Positions 36,187-46,556 of a stretch of DNA of 64,000 bases are shown here, in pieces. Below the pieces are notes generated by a model. That model worked only from the letters and a program-made list of their open reading frames with translations, was not told where the DNA came from and did not search any database. The DNA lies in contig JAUNBH010000002.1 in NCBI GenBank assembly GCA_030527165.1, forward strand, positions 22,243 through 86,242. The letters are read 5' to 3'. Within the stretch, counting starts at the first letter, position 1. Each line of letters begins with the position of its first letter. The translations under genes were made by a program, and so were the position numbers. The DNA is from Clostridia bacterium. GTDB taxonomy: Bacteria; Bacillota; Clostridia; Christensenellales; CAG-138.

Positions 36187-39100
36187 ATGGGTTTTCTGGA
36201 CACAATACTTGGAACGTCAAGTGCGAGCAGGATCAAGAAGCTGATGCCCAAGCTAAAGGCGATAAACGCCCTGGAGCCCTCCATGCAGGCGCTGTCGGAC
36301 GAGGAGTTGGCGGCAAAGACGGAGGAATTCCGGGGCAGGCTGCGCGCGGGTGCGACGCTCGACGACATATTGCCGGAGGCGTTTGCGGTCGTCAGGGAGG
36401 CGGCGGTACGCACCGTGGGGATGCGTCACTTCGACGTACAGATACTCGGCGGCATAGTGCTTCACAATGGCCAAATATCCGAGATGAAGACGGGCGAAGG
36501 CAAGACGCTCGTGGAAACTCTGCCGGCGTATCTCAACGCGCTCGAGGGCAAGGGCGTGCACATAGTCACGGTAAACGAATACCTGGTGCAGCGCGACGCC
36601 GCGTGGATGGGACGCGTGTTCACATTCCTCGGCCTAACGGTCGGCACGATAGTGCGGGGGCAGACTCGCAACGTCAAGCGGGAGCAGTACCGCTGCGACG
36701 TCATATACAGCACCAGCAGCGAGCTGGGCTTCGACTACCTGCGCGACAATATGGCGGTGTACATAGAGGATACTGTTCAGCGCGAGCCGAACTACGCGAT
36801 AGTGGACGAAGTGGACTCCGTGCTCATAGACGAGGCGCGAACGCCGCTCATCATATCCGGCAGCGGCAAGCCCGTCTCCGCGCCGTGCCGCAAGGCAAAC
36901 GACTTTGTGCGCACGCTTGAGCGCGGGGACGATGTGGACGAGAACGCCTCCAAGATAGAAGCCGTACTGATGCAGCAGGCGCCCAAGGAGAGCGGCGACT
37001 ACATGGTGGACGTAAAGGACAGGCGCGTTTCGCTGACGCAGCGCGGCATGAAGAAGGCGGAGGATTTTTACGGCATAGGCGACCTGTACGGTACGGAGGG
37101 CGTCACCGATCCCGGCGACGAGTTCGACGTGGCGGAGGCGAGCTCCAAGGAGGAGGAGTACTCCGAGATAAAGCACTTCATAATGCAGGCGCTGATAGCG
37201 AAGGCGCTGTACGAGCGCGATGTGGATTATGTCGTCAAAGACGGCGAAGTAATAATCGTGGACGAATCCACGGGCCGCCTCATGATAGGCAGGCGCTACT
37301 CCGACGGTTTGCACCAGGCGATAGAGGCGAAGGAGGGCGTCGCGATACGCAATGAGAACCGCACCGTGGCGTCCATAACCATACAGAACTACTTCCGCAT
37401 GTACAAGAAGCTGGGCGGCATGACCGGAACGGCAAAGACGGAGGAGCCGGAGTTCCAGGCGATATACGACCTGGACGTAATAGAGATACCCACCAATAAG
37501 CCCAACGTCAGGACAGACCACAACGACGTGATAGTCATAAAGGAAGAGATAAAGTTCAACCTCATAGTCGAGGAGATACTGCGCGCCCACCAAAAGGGGC
37601 AGCCTGTGCTCGTCGGCACCGCTTCAGTCGAGAAGAGCGAGCTGCTCAGCAGTATGCTCGCAAAGCGCAAGCTGCCGCACAACGTGCTTAACGCGACGCG
37701 GCACGAGCGCGAGGCGGAGATAATCGCCCAGGCGGGCGCGCCGGGCGCGATAACCATAGCGACCAACATGGCGGGGCGCGGAACGGACATACTCCTGGGG
37801 GGAAACCCCGGGTTCCTGGCTAAGACCAAGCTGCTGAAGAGCAAGGATAAGCGCGGCAAGGATTTTGACGAGGAGACGATAGAGAAGGCGATAGAGCTGC
37901 TGGACGTATCCCGTGACACGGGCAGGCGGCTGGAGGCGCGGGAGCTCTATGCAGAGCTCTACGCGGAGGCAAAGACGGAGACGGAGCGCAAGCGCGCCGA
38001 AGTGCTCAAGGCGGGCGGCCTGTACGTAATAGGTACGGAGCGCCATGAATCCAGGCGCATAGATAATCAGCTGCGTGGCCGCGCGGGACGCCAGGGAGAC
38101 CCGGGTGAGAGCCGGTTCTTCATATCTCTGGAGGACTCCATTATGAAGCGCTTTGGCAAGGTCAGAGAGCTCGTGGAGCGCTTTGGCAGCTATGGGGACG
38201 AGGTGGTGCTCGACATGAAGATGCTGAGCAAGCGCGTCGAGTCCACGCAGAAGAACGTCGAGGCGTACTACTTTGAGGTGCGCAAGAACGTGCTCAAGTA
38301 CGACACCGTGATGAACGAGCAGCGCGAGATAATCTACAAGCAGAGGCGCGAAATACTGGAAGGAAAAGTCATCACCGATGCGATAGAGAACATGGTGCGC
38401 GAGGGCATAAAGTCGCGCATTGAGGCGCATTGTCCGGCGCACGCGCAGCGCGGCGAATGGGATGTGGCGGCGCTCGTGCGGGAGTTGACGCAGCTTACAT
38501 ACGCCAAGCCAATGCAGGCCTTCGTGACGCAAGCCGAGTTTGAGGACATAGAGCGCCAGGCGAGGCAGGCGGCGGACAAGTTCATGTTGGAGCAGCTGCC
38601 CAAGGCGCTGGAAGCGCGCAGCGCGAAGCTCGAGGAGATACGCGCCGTGAAGGACGTCGCAAAGCGGGTTAAGCTCGAGAACACCGTTCCGACGCCCGCG
38701 GAGCTGACAAAGACCGTGCAGAACGACTCCATGAAGTTCTATGCGGGCGTGATAGTAGGCGCTATACAGGCGTTGGCGACTTCAAAGCTGTCAAAACTGT
38801 CGCGCGGCGAGCTCGAGGAGCGCATAGAGCGCACGCTCGTAGCGCAGTACGAGCTGCTGCGCAAATCGTACGCTGAAGCGGGCGGCAACCCCGATGAGCG
38901 CGAGCGCTGCATACTGCTCAACGCCATCGACGAGAACTGGAGCGAGCACATAGACGCCATGCACCAGCTCAGGGACGGCATAGGGCTCAGGGCTATAGGG
39001 CACAAGGACCCGTACAACGAGTACAGGAACGAGTGCTTCGACATGTACAATCAGATGCTCGAGCAGGTGCGTGAGCTGACCATCAAGAGCCTCTACAACA

Positions 39101-39279
39101 CGCGGATATCCGAGCCCAAGCGCCGCGTGACGTTCAGGATAAGCGACGGGGTGCCGGGCGGCGAGGCAAAGCGGCCCGTGACGATGCGGCGAGCGGTCAA
39201 AAAGGTGGGCAAGAACGATCCATGCCCCTGCGGCAGCGGCAAAAAGTACAAGTACTGCTGCGGACGCAAGGACGACTAA
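36187..39279 (+). CDS. secA: Preprotein translocase ATPase SecA
   Basis: [11 protein letters not shown]… start, DEAD-like motor motifs (…MKTGEGKTL…, …[20 protein letters not shown]…, …[10 protein letters not shown]…) and a C-terminal zinc motif [14 protein letters not shown]. The track's 87-codon upstream extension overlaps the DUF4846 gene and is rejected. Confidence 0.95.
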   Translation: MGFLDTILGTSSASRIKKLMPKLKAINALEPSMQALSDEELAAKTEEFRGRLRAGATLDDILPEAFAVVREAAVRTVGMRHFDVQILGGIVLHNGQISEMKTGEGKTLVETLPAYLNALEGKGVHIVTVNEYLVQRDAAWMGRVFTFLGLTVGTIVRGQTRNVKREQYRCDVIYSTSSELGFDYLRDNMAVYIEDTVQREPNYAIVDEVDSVLIDEARTPLIISGSGKPVSAPCRKANDFVRTLERGDDVDENASKIEAVLMQQAPKESGDYMVDVKDRRVSLTQRGMKKAEDFYGIGDLYGTEGVTDPGDEFDVAEASSKEEEYSEIKHFIMQALIAKALYERDVDYVVKDGEVIIVDESTGRLMIGRRYSDGLHQAIEAKEGVAIRNENRTVASITIQNYFRMYKKLGGMTGTAKTEEPEFQAIYDLDVIEIPTNKPNVRTDHNDVIVIKEEIKFNLIVEEILRAHQKGQPVLVGTASVEKSELLSSMLAKRKLPHNVLNATRHEREAEIIAQAGAPGAITIATNMAGRGTDILLGGNPGFLAKTKLLKSKDKRGKDFDEETIEKAIELLDVSRDTGRRLEARELYAELYAEAKTETERKRAEVLKAGGLYVIGTERHESRRIDNQLRGRAGRQGDPGESRFFISLEDSIMKRFGKVRELVERFGSYGDEVVLDMKMLSKRVESTQKNVEAYYFEVRKNVLKYDTVMNEQREIIYKQRREILEGKVITDAIENMVREGIKSRIEAHCPAHAQRGEWDVAALVRELTQLTYAKPMQAFVTQAEFEDIERQARQAADKFMLEQLPKALEARSAKLEEIRAVKDVAKRVKLENTVPTPAELTKTVQNDSMKFYAGVIVGAIQALATSKLSKLSRGELEERIERTLVAQYELLRKSYAEAGGNPDERERCILLNAIDENWSEHIDAMHQLRDGIGLRAIGHKDPYNEYRNECFDMYNQMLEQVRELTIKSLYNTRISEPKRRVTFRISDGVPGGEAKRPVTMRRAVKKVGKNDPCPCGSGKKYKYCCGRKDD

Positions 39280-39309
39280 TACATAAAAGCACGGAAGGGA
39301 AGTGAACGA

Positions 39310-40411
39310 ATGGTACAGTTGGACGAATACCGTCAGCAGCTCGCGGCCATAATCGAAACGCTGAAAAAGGCAGGTGAATCCCTTTGACCTCGCCGGGTTG
39401 AGGGCTGAACGGGAGTCGCTCGAGGCGAAGATGAGCGAACCGGAGTTTTGGAACGACGTAGACGGCGCGAACAAGGTCAATCAGCGCATAAAGGCCGTAA
39501 ACGGCAAGCTGGAGAAGTACGCTGCGCTGTCTGCGCGCGCATCGGATGTAGAGACGCTCATAGAGATGGCGGAGGAAGAGGAAGACGACTCCATGGCGGG
39601 CGAGATCGCCGCCGAATGCGCTGCGCTCAAAGCGGACGTAGACGCGCTGGAGCTCGAGACGCTGCTCAAGGGCGATTACGATTCGAGCAACGCCGTGCTC
39701 TCGCTGCACGCGGGCGCGGGCGGCACCGAGGCGCAGGACTGGGTGAGCATGCTCTACCGCATGTACACGCGCTACTGCGACGCAAAGGGCTTTTCGGTGA
39801 AGGTGCTGGACATGCTCGACGGCGAGGAAGCGGGCATAAAGAGCGTGGTGTTTGAGGTGGACGGCGACAATGCGTACGGCTATCTCAAGGCCGAGAAGGG
39901 CGTACACAGGTTAGTCAGGATTTCGCCGTTTGACTCCTCCGGCAGGAGGCATACCTCATTTGCTTCACTGGATGTGACGCCCATACTGGATGACGACAGG
40001 GGGGATATTGAAGTGGACCCCGACGACCTGCGCGTTGACACATACCGCTCCAGCGGCGCGGGCGGGCAGCACGTCAACAAGACGTCGTCCGCTATAAGGA
40101 TCACGCACCTGCCCACGGGTATAGTAGTGCAGTGTCAGAACGAGCGCAGCCAGATACAGAACAGGGAAACTGCGATGCGCATGCTTAAGGGAAAGCTGCT
40201 CGAGCTGCAGGAGCGTCAGCGCATGGAGCAGATGGCTCAGATAAAGGGAGAAATGAAGAAAATAGAATGGGGCAGCCAGATCCGGTCGTATGTATTCCAA
40301 CCCTACACGATGGTAAAGGACCATCGCACGGGGGCGGAGAACGGCAATATACAGGCGGTGATGGACGGGGATATTAGTATGTTTATCAATGCGTTTTTGG
40401 TGCAGTCGTAA
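39310..40411 (+). CDS. prfB: Peptide chain release factor 2, expressed through a programmed +1 frameshift
   Basis: Frame 0 runs ATG 39310 … CTT TGA (stop at 39385-39387) and continues in +1 from GAC at 39386. The product has SPF (…RISPFDSSGRR…) and GGQ (…SGAGGQHVN…) motifs. Confidence 0.92.
39382..39388 (+). promoter_or_regulatory. RF2 autoregulatory +1 frameshift site CTT TGA C
   Basis: An exact CUU UGA C heptamer with an SD-like CAGGTGA 4 nt upstream. Confidence 0.9.
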
Positions 40412-41301
40412 TGGTAACTGAGAAGGCGAGGCGGGTTCGCAGGCTGATAGAGCGGCTAAAACCCGTAACCAACTCCCTGAGCGTGCCTCTGGAGCGCCTG
40501 GGGCAGGACGTGTTGGGGAAGGTCAGGCCGGTGCCGGAGGGCATATCGTTCGTGGAGGCCAACGTGGGCGAAATGCCCGCCGAGTGGGTACTGCACGCGA
40601 GAGCGCCGGCAGGGAAGGCGCTGTTCTATGTGCACGGCGGCGCGTATTTCAGCGGCTCTTTGGTGAGCAACAGGCTGCTGTCGGTACAGATAGCGTCCAC
40701 GGTTGAGGTCAATACATTCTCGTTTCAGTACAGGCTTGCACCGGAATACCCGTTCCCCGCGGCGCTGGAAGACTCTGAGACTGCGTATTCGAGGCTGTTG
40801 GAAAGCTATGACAGCAAGGACGTGGTCTTCATAGGAGAGAGTGCGGGCGGAGGGCTATTGGTGGCGCTGGCGCTTAAGCTGCGCGACGAGGGCAGGCCGC
40901 TGCCGGCGGGCATGGTGTGCATGTCGCCGTGGACGGATTTGACGCTGTCCGGGAAGTCATACGAGACGAATATAGATGCAGACATAATGCTCACGCGTGA
41001 TAAGCTGGCCCGTGCGGCGTGGGAGTACGCACCGCTCGACCCGGCTAACCCCTACGTGTCGCCCGCATTTGGTGCGATGCACGACATGCCTCCTACGTTG
41101 ATACAGGTGGGCTCCTGCGAGCTGCTGCTCGACGATGCGCGCATGCTCTCAGACGCCATGGCGGACGCGGACGTGGACGTACGCCTCGAGGAGTGGGGGG
41201 AGATGTGGCACGCGTGGCAGGCGCTCGACATACCGGAGGCGTACAGGGCGATGCGCAGTGTAAAGGACTTTGTTGACGCCAGGCTGGGCAGGGGAGAATG
41301 A
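40411..41301 (+). CDS. Alpha/beta-hydrolase (HSL/esterase-lipase family)
   Basis: Oxyanion motif HGGAYF and nucleophile elbow GESAGG. The ATG overlaps the prfB stop (TAATG). Confidence 0.8.
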   Translation: MVTEKARRVRRLIERLKPVTNSLSVPLERLGQDVLGKVRPVPEGISFVEANVGEMPAEWVLHARAPAGKALFYVHGGAYFSGSLVSNRLLSVQIASTVEVNTFSFQYRLAPEYPFPAALEDSETAYSRLLESYDSKDVVFIGESAGGGLLVALALKLRDEGRPLPAGMVCMSPWTDLTLSGKSYETNIDADIMLTRDKLARAAWEYAPLDPANPYVSPAFGAMHDMPPTLIQVGSCELLLDDARMLSDAMADADVDVRLEEWGEMWHAWQALDIPEAYRAMRSVKDFVDARLGRGE

Positions 41302-42554
41302 GCGACTACAACTGGTTTAGGCTGGATAATGCCGCCAAGATATATCCTGTGATACAGACGGAGCGCTGGTCTCCGATTTTCCGCATGACGGCTATCATGA
41401 AGGAACCGGTGAGCCGAGAACTGCTTCAGCGCGCGCTCGATTCGCTGAGCGAGCGCTTTCCGAGCTTCTATGTGCGGATACGCACGGGCATGTTTTGGTA
41501 TTACCTGGAGAGGCTGAGCGCAGCGCCGCGCGTGGAGGACGACGTAATAAATCCGTGCGGCGCCATGACGAAGGGGGAACCGCTCTTCAGGGTGCGCTGC
41601 CATGAGAACCGGATAAGCCTTGAGATGCACCATGTCGTGACCGACGGCACGGGCGGACTGACGTTTTTCAAGACGCTGTTGGCGCAGTATCTGCGCATGG
41701 CAGGGCACGATATCCCCTGCGACAGGGGCGTGCTCGATCCGACAGACAGGCCCGACGACGAGGAACTGGAGGACGCCTTCATGCGCTTCAGCGAGATGAA
41801 GATACTGCCTCCGCGAATGGAGCAGCGCGCGTACAAGATACGCGGCACGCGGCTTCCAATGGACTTCATGCGAATAACCACGGGCACGATGCGCGCGAGC
41901 GAGGTGCACGCCGCCGCCAAGCGCCACGGCGCCACGGTGACGGAATTTTTGACCGCTCTGCTGCTCCAGTGCGTGTACAAGATACAGTTAGCGGACGGCC
42001 ACCCTCAGCGCCCTGTCAAGGTGAGCGTACCAGTGAATCTCAGGAGGTATTACGGCACGCGCACGCTGAGGAATTTCTCCCAGTATCTCAACCCCGGAAT
42101 AGACCCGCAGTACGGCGAGTTTACATTCGAGGAAATACTGTCGCAGGTACATCATTACATGCGGCTGATGTACACGGAGAAGAATCTGAACGCGCGGATA
42201 AGCAAGAATGTGGCCGACGAGAAGAATGTCGTGCTGCGTTTCGTCCCGCTGTTTGTAAAGAACGCCGCAATATTCTTCGAGTGGTCGCGCATAGGTGAGA
42301 ACCTGTTCTCAACTACTCTGTCGAACATGGGCGTGGTAGACATGCCGGACGAGTTGGCGCAGCATATAGAGCGTATGGACTTCGCGCTGCACACCGCCAG
42401 GCGGAATAAGTGCGAATGCGCGGTGCTGACGTTTGGGGACACAATGTCGCTGAGCTTTTCATCCACCATAAGCGAGAGATATCTGGAGCGGCTGTTCTTC
42501 ACGGCGCTCGTCAAGAATTCCATACATGTGCTCGTGGAATCAAACGAATTATAG
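41298..42554 (+). CDS. Condensation-domain-like acyltransferase (HHxxxDG; alcohol acetyltransferase/PapA5-like)
   Basis: N-terminal …WFRLDNAAKIYP… and catalytic motif HHVVTDGTGG. The start overlaps the hydrolase stop (ATGA). Confidence 0.7.
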   Translation: MSDYNWFRLDNAAKIYPVIQTERWSPIFRMTAIMKEPVSRELLQRALDSLSERFPSFYVRIRTGMFWYYLERLSAAPRVEDDVINPCGAMTKGEPLFRVRCHENRISLEMHHVVTDGTGGLTFFKTLLAQYLRMAGHDIPCDRGVLDPTDRPDDEELEDAFMRFSEMKILPPRMEQRAYKIRGTRLPMDFMRITTGTMRASEVHAAAKRHGATVTEFLTALLLQCVYKIQLADGHPQRPVKVSVPVNLRRYYGTRTLRNFSQYLNPGIDPQYGEFTFEEILSQVHHYMRLMYTEKNLNARISKNVADEKNVVLRFVPLFVKNAAIFFEWSRIGENLFSTTLSNMGVVDMPDELAQHIERMDFALHTARRNKCECAVLTFGDTMSLSFSSTISERYLERLFFTALVKNSIHVLVESNEL

Positions 42555-42565
42555 GGGGGACTGTT

Positions 42566-43273
42566 ATGTCATATTGCGTCAATTGCGGGGTAGAGCTTGA
42601 AAAGAGCCTCGAGATATGCCCCCTGTGCCGGACGGAGGTGGTCAACCCCCGTGAGCCCGTGCGCTCTGACGTCATAAGGCCGTATTCCCGGCATCTGGAC
42701 AAGGTTGCCAGAAAAGTACAGCGCAGGACGGTGGCGGGAGTGTTCACCGTGCTGCTGACACTGGCGGGTGGCATATGCGTCATAACCGACGGCGTGTATG
42801 GCGGCGGGCTCACATGGTCGCTCTATGTGCTCGCGTCCATATTGCTTGCCATGCTGGTGGTCGTGCTGCCCGTCTACCCGTTAAACTGGCATCCGCTGTT
42901 TTTCGTGGTAATAGACTGCCTCGCGCTTACACTGTTCATGTATGTGCTCAATGAGCTCGTGGGCGGTGCGCAGTGGTTCTCGACGCTCGCCCTGCCGCTG
43001 ATATTGCTGATTATGGCGGTCGGAGCCATAAACGTATCCGTGATAGACAGCGGCAAGCTCACCAAGCTGCTCATTGCGGCGTGTATCGTGGGTTCCATGG
43101 GGGTCTGCACACTGGGCGTCGAGATAGTGATAGACCTCTATCTGTCCGCAGACGTGGGTTTGTCGTGGTCGTGGCTCGTGTTCGCCCCCTGCGTGGCGAT
43201 AGCCGCGATACTCATCATCATGGACAGCAACAAGCGCGTAAAGAATCTCATGCGCAGGCGGCTGCACTATTGA
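42566..43273 (+). CDS. Zinc-ribbon N-terminal domain fused to a polytopic membrane protein, function unknown
   Basis: MSYCVNCGVELEKSLEICPLCRTEV (CxxC…CxxC) followed by about six hydrophobic segments. The ATG at 42566 lies behind GGGGGGA. Confidence 0.65.
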   Translation: MSYCVNCGVELEKSLEICPLCRTEVVNPREPVRSDVIRPYSRHLDKVARKVQRRTVAGVFTVLLTLAGGICVITDGVYGGGLTWSLYVLASILLAMLVVVLPVYPLNWHPLFFVVIDCLALTLFMYVLNELVGGAQWFSTLALPLILLIMAVGAINVSVIDSGKLTKLLIAACIVGSMGVCTLGVEIVIDLYLSADVGLSWSWLVFAPCVAIAAILIIMDSNKRVKNLMRRRLHY

Positions 43274-43287
43274 AGAGGGGAAAGCCG

Positions 43288-44202
43288 ATGCGGTTGCTGC
43301 TCAATGTAATCAAGGGATTCGTAACCGGGATGGCGGTAATGATACCCGGCGTAAGCGCTGGCTCTATGGCGATGAGCATGGGCATGTACAGTGCGGTACT
43401 GACGCTTGTATCCGGCAAAGAGCCGGAGCGCAAGCAAACGCTTCCCGCACTCATCCCGTACGGAGCGGGCATACTGCTGGGAATAGTGGCGTTCGCATTC
43501 TTGCTTATGGCGCTGCTTACGCGCTTTCCGCTGCAGACGGCGATGGTATTCGTGGGACTCATACTGGGCGGCGTACCGGCGTTGACGCGCACTGTGAAGG
43601 GCACGAGGTTCCGGCTCTCGCACGCCGCGGCGTTTCTGACGGCATTGGCAGCCATGGTGCTGCTGCTTGTTTTCAGCGGCGGCGCAGACAACGCGAACAC
43701 TCTCGAGCCATCGGTGATCAACTTTGTAATCGCCATGGCGCTGGGTTTTGTCGCTGCGGCGACGATGGTGATACCGGGTATAAGCGGCAGCGCCGTAATG
43801 CTCATAGCGGGCTACTACTACGAAGTTACTAACTCCATAAAAGAGCTGACCGAAGGAGTCGTTACGCTAAACGGCGGCATGGTTTGGGAGAGCGCGTTTG
43901 TGCTCGTTCCCTTTGCGCTGGGCGCCGTAGCGGGCGTGGTGCTGGCGTCAAAGCTCATAAGGCGGCTGCTGGAGCGGGTACCGGTGACGACTTGTTGGGC
44001 GCTCATAGCGCTAATGGCGGCATCGCCCGCAGCCGTGCTGCTGAAGATCGAGGTAGACTATGCCGCCGTCACATGGGTGGGGTACGCGGTTGCGGTGCTG
44101 TGCCTTGCGGCGGGCTTCGCCGTGGCGTACTTCCTGAGCAGGGAAGGCAAAAGCGGCGCCGCCAAACGGCTCACGCCCTCCGTCAAAGGCGGCGAGGCGT
44201 AG
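43288..44202 (+). CDS. DUF368-family membrane protein (polyprenyl-phosphate transporter family)
   Basis: Duplicated signature …VMIPGVSAGS… / …MVIPGISGSAVMLIAGYY…, with about eight TM segments. Confidence 0.75.
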   Translation: MRLLLNVIKGFVTGMAVMIPGVSAGSMAMSMGMYSAVLTLVSGKEPERKQTLPALIPYGAGILLGIVAFAFLLMALLTRFPLQTAMVFVGLILGGVPALTRTVKGTRFRLSHAAAFLTALAAMVLLLVFSGGADNANTLEPSVINFVIAMALGFVAAATMVIPGISGSAVMLIAGYYYEVTNSIKELTEGVVTLNGGMVWESAFVLVPFALGAVAGVVLASKLIRRLLERVPVTTCWALIALMAASPAAVLLKIEVDYAAVTWVGYAVAVLCLAAGFAVAYFLSREGKSGAAKRLTPSVKGGEA

Positions 44203-44246
44203 ATAAGCAGGAGTATATGGTGCGGGCGCGCTGTGATGCGCGCGCT

Positions 44247-45251
44247 TTACACTTCTTCTATATCGCTTACGAGCGATTCCGCAAATTCAAATCGCAGCAG
44301 CTTCGCGCGGTAGAGCCCATCGCCTTCGGGCAGGCATAGTCCCAGCGTGGTGGAGTCCTCCACCCCTATGGGCAAAGCCGCGTACTCAAAGCCGCCGCAC
44401 AGTTCCCGTATAGCGTCGACGGTTTCGTCTGAGCGCATATCCGGAGTTAACAGCGAGAGCGCCTCTACGTACAGCCCCTCTCGCGCGGCTTCGCAGAGCG
44501 CTATGGCGATATTCGCCCGCGAGTTCAGCGGCGCAGCACTGTGTGAAAAGAAGCCCCTCTCGTCGGACACCTTGCAAAATACCCCGTTTATGTAGTCGTA
44601 TACGACGCGCCTTTCGTGCTGCCTGGATGTCTGCAGGCGCGTCAGCGCGAATGGTCGGCCGTCCTCCACGCCCACTGCGTCTCCCTCCAGATCCAGCAGC
44701 GCGGTTTCGTCAGCGTCCATTATCAGCAGCCGTTCGCCCTCGTGGAGCTGTGCATGTACTACCGCCAGCAGCTTGTCGCCCACGTCCAGTGTGCTTATAC
44801 TGCCGCCTATGCCCGCTCCGAGTGCGTACATGGTGGAGCCGTCGCCGCCCTCGCACAGGAGCTTCAGCCCGTGGTCATCGAAGAGCGTCAGGCGCTTGCC
44901 CAAGGGCGAATCCTCCGCTATCGCGAGCTCGCGCGGCCGCGATGCACAGGCGCACTTGAGCGCGTTCAGGCGCAGGCTCACGTCTATCGTCCCATTCGGC
45001 CACACGCAGACCTTGGCGCGCTCCGGCAGCGGGGCGACGGGGCGGGAGTTCTCGACGCACAGCTTGACTGCAGTGGGCAGGCGCGGCGAGTGTCCGGCCT
45101 CCAGCGGGTAAGCGCATATGTAAAACGTCCCGCTGTTGAGTGCGGCATAGGGCAGAAAAGTGTCCGGCGTCGCCTCTCCGACGGGAGCGGCGTTTATCTC
45201 GATGTAGGAGCGCACATCAGTGAGGATGCGCAAGAGCGGCATGGAAAACAA
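44247..45251 (-). CDS. Hypothetical cytoplasmic protein with no recognisable motif
   Basis: A long ORF with ordinary composition, convergent with the DUF368 gene. The start is uncertain. The TTG at 45251, 5 nt after AGGAGGTG, is preferred to ATG 45287 or 45242. Confidence 0.5.
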   Translation of the reverse strand: MFSMPLLRILTDVRSYIEINAAPVGEATPDTFLPYAALNSGTFYICAYPLEAGHSPRLPTAVKLCVENSRPVAPLPERAKVCVWPNGTIDVSLRLNALKCACASRPRELAIAEDSPLGKRLTLFDDHGLKLLCEGGDGSTMYALGAGIGGSISTLDVGDKLLAVVHAQLHEGERLLIMDADETALLDLEGDAVGVEDGRPFALTRLQTSRQHERRVVYDYINGVFCKVSDERGFFSHSAAPLNSRANIAIALCEAAREGLYVEALSLLTPDMRSDETVDAIRELCGGFEYAALPIGVEDSTTLGLCLPEGDGLYRAKLLRFEFAESLVSDIEEV

Positions 45252-45351
45252 ACGGGCACCTCCTATGTTTGCGACAATCGGGCGCATTCGATGCGCCGCG
45301 CCGGCATACTATGAAGCAGGCGGAAACACCGCCGGCATGGGGGGATTGAAT

Positions 45352-45603
45352 ATGACGGATGGTCGCTGCTCAACATTCACGGAATTCAGACATAAGGAAG
45401 TCATCAATATCTGCGACGGAGCACGGCTCGGCTGCGTATGCGACTTCGAGTTCGACTCGGTCACGGGCTGCATAAGCTCTATAATAGTGCCGGGCAGGAG
45501 CAGGCTGTTCGGAATACTTAAGAGCAGCGAAGAAATAGTCATACCGTACTGCAAGATAGTCAAAATAGGCGAGGACGTAATACTGGTGGAAGCGCAGCTC
45601 TAA
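45352..45603 (+). CDS. YlmC/YmxH-family (PRC-barrel) sporulation protein
   Basis: …FRHKEVINICDGARLGCVCDFEFD…IVIPYCKIVKIGEDVILV pattern. RBS GGGGGA. Confidence 0.8.
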   Translation: MTDGRCSTFTEFRHKEVINICDGARLGCVCDFEFDSVTGCISSIIVPGRSRLFGILKSSEEIVIPYCKIVKIGEDVILVEAQL

Positions 45604-45992
45604 TCCTTGGCGGGCAGCATATGGATTATGAGCGCTGTGAGCGTGGCGGCGGCCGTGCCTATCAGCATATCGAGCAGGAACGAGGCGCTTAGCGAGAATT
45701 CCGCGCTCATGAGGCAGTATACCGCGAACGCAAACGCAATGTAGAGCAAACCCGCCGCGCCCGCAAACAACACGCGCCTCCGGCAGTTTGAGCGCATCAC
45801 TGTAATGGCGGCTATGGAGGCGCATACCGCCTTGATGAGCGGTATTGCTATGTACACCGCTGTTTCACCCATTACATTCTGCCAAACGCATAAGGCCGTC
45901 GCCACTATGAGCAGTATGCTCGCCAGCGACGCGAATAGGACTGCCCTTATTACCGCCGGAAGGGGCTTTGATTGTTCTCTTGCCGTTTCCAT
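45600..45992 (-). CDS. Small four-TM membrane protein (TIGR04086/YrzE-like?)
   Basis: Four hydrophobic segments, with the start at METAREQ. The family name rests on memory of the genomic context next to ylmC/yajC only. Confidence 0.4.
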   Translation of the reverse strand: METAREQSKPLPAVIRAVLFASLASILLIVATALCVWQNVMGETAVYIAIPLIKAVCASIAAITVMRSNCRRRVLFAGAAGLLYIAFAFAVYCLMSAEFSLSASFLLDMLIGTAAATLTALIIHMLPAKD

Positions 45993-46088
45993 ACTAACAA
46001 ACACCACCTTTTGCAGTACATATATGCGTTTAACACGCGTTATAGCACAAAAAAACGGCACTTGCGTGCCGTTGCGTGAGCGCGTAAA

Positions 46089-46454
46089 CTACTTTGTAGC
46101 TATTTCGCTGTCCATGGTGTTCTCCACCTCGGAGTCCTCGATGGTGGCGACTGCGCCGCGCGCAATAACCATCCTCAGCTTGTCGGGGCCTACGGCAATG
46201 GTTATCACGTCATCGCGCACAGAGGTTATAGTGCCGTATATGCCGCCGATGGTGCGTATCCTATCGCCGGGCTTGAGCGCCTCGAGCATCTGTTTGACTT
46301 TCTTTTCACGCCTTCTGTTGGGTATGATCATGAGCAGCAGCATGCCGACGATCAGGAGAATCATGAATCCGCCGCCCTCCGTGAAAAAGGAGAGCACTGA
46401 CTGGAAGAAGTTGCTTACTTCCTCGGTGGCGGCCAGAATGGGATATATTGACAT
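46089..46454 (-). CDS. yajC: Preprotein translocase subunit YajC
   Basis: A single TM, then …PNRRREKKVKQMLEALKPGDRIRTIGGIYGTITSV…. Confidence 0.85.
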   Translation of the reverse strand: MSIYPILAATEEVSNFFQSVLSFFTEGGGFMILLIVGMLLLMIIPNRRREKKVKQMLEALKPGDRIRTIGGIYGTITSVRDDVITIAVGPDKLRMVIARGAVATIEDSEVENTMDSEIATK

Positions 46455-46556
46455 ATGTGGGTGTAGCCTCCTTGTTAGAACTAATTCGCCTTACATCATA
46501 TTATAAATAATAGCTTGCGTCAAGCCGAATGCAATTTGTTACAGCTTTTACACAAT

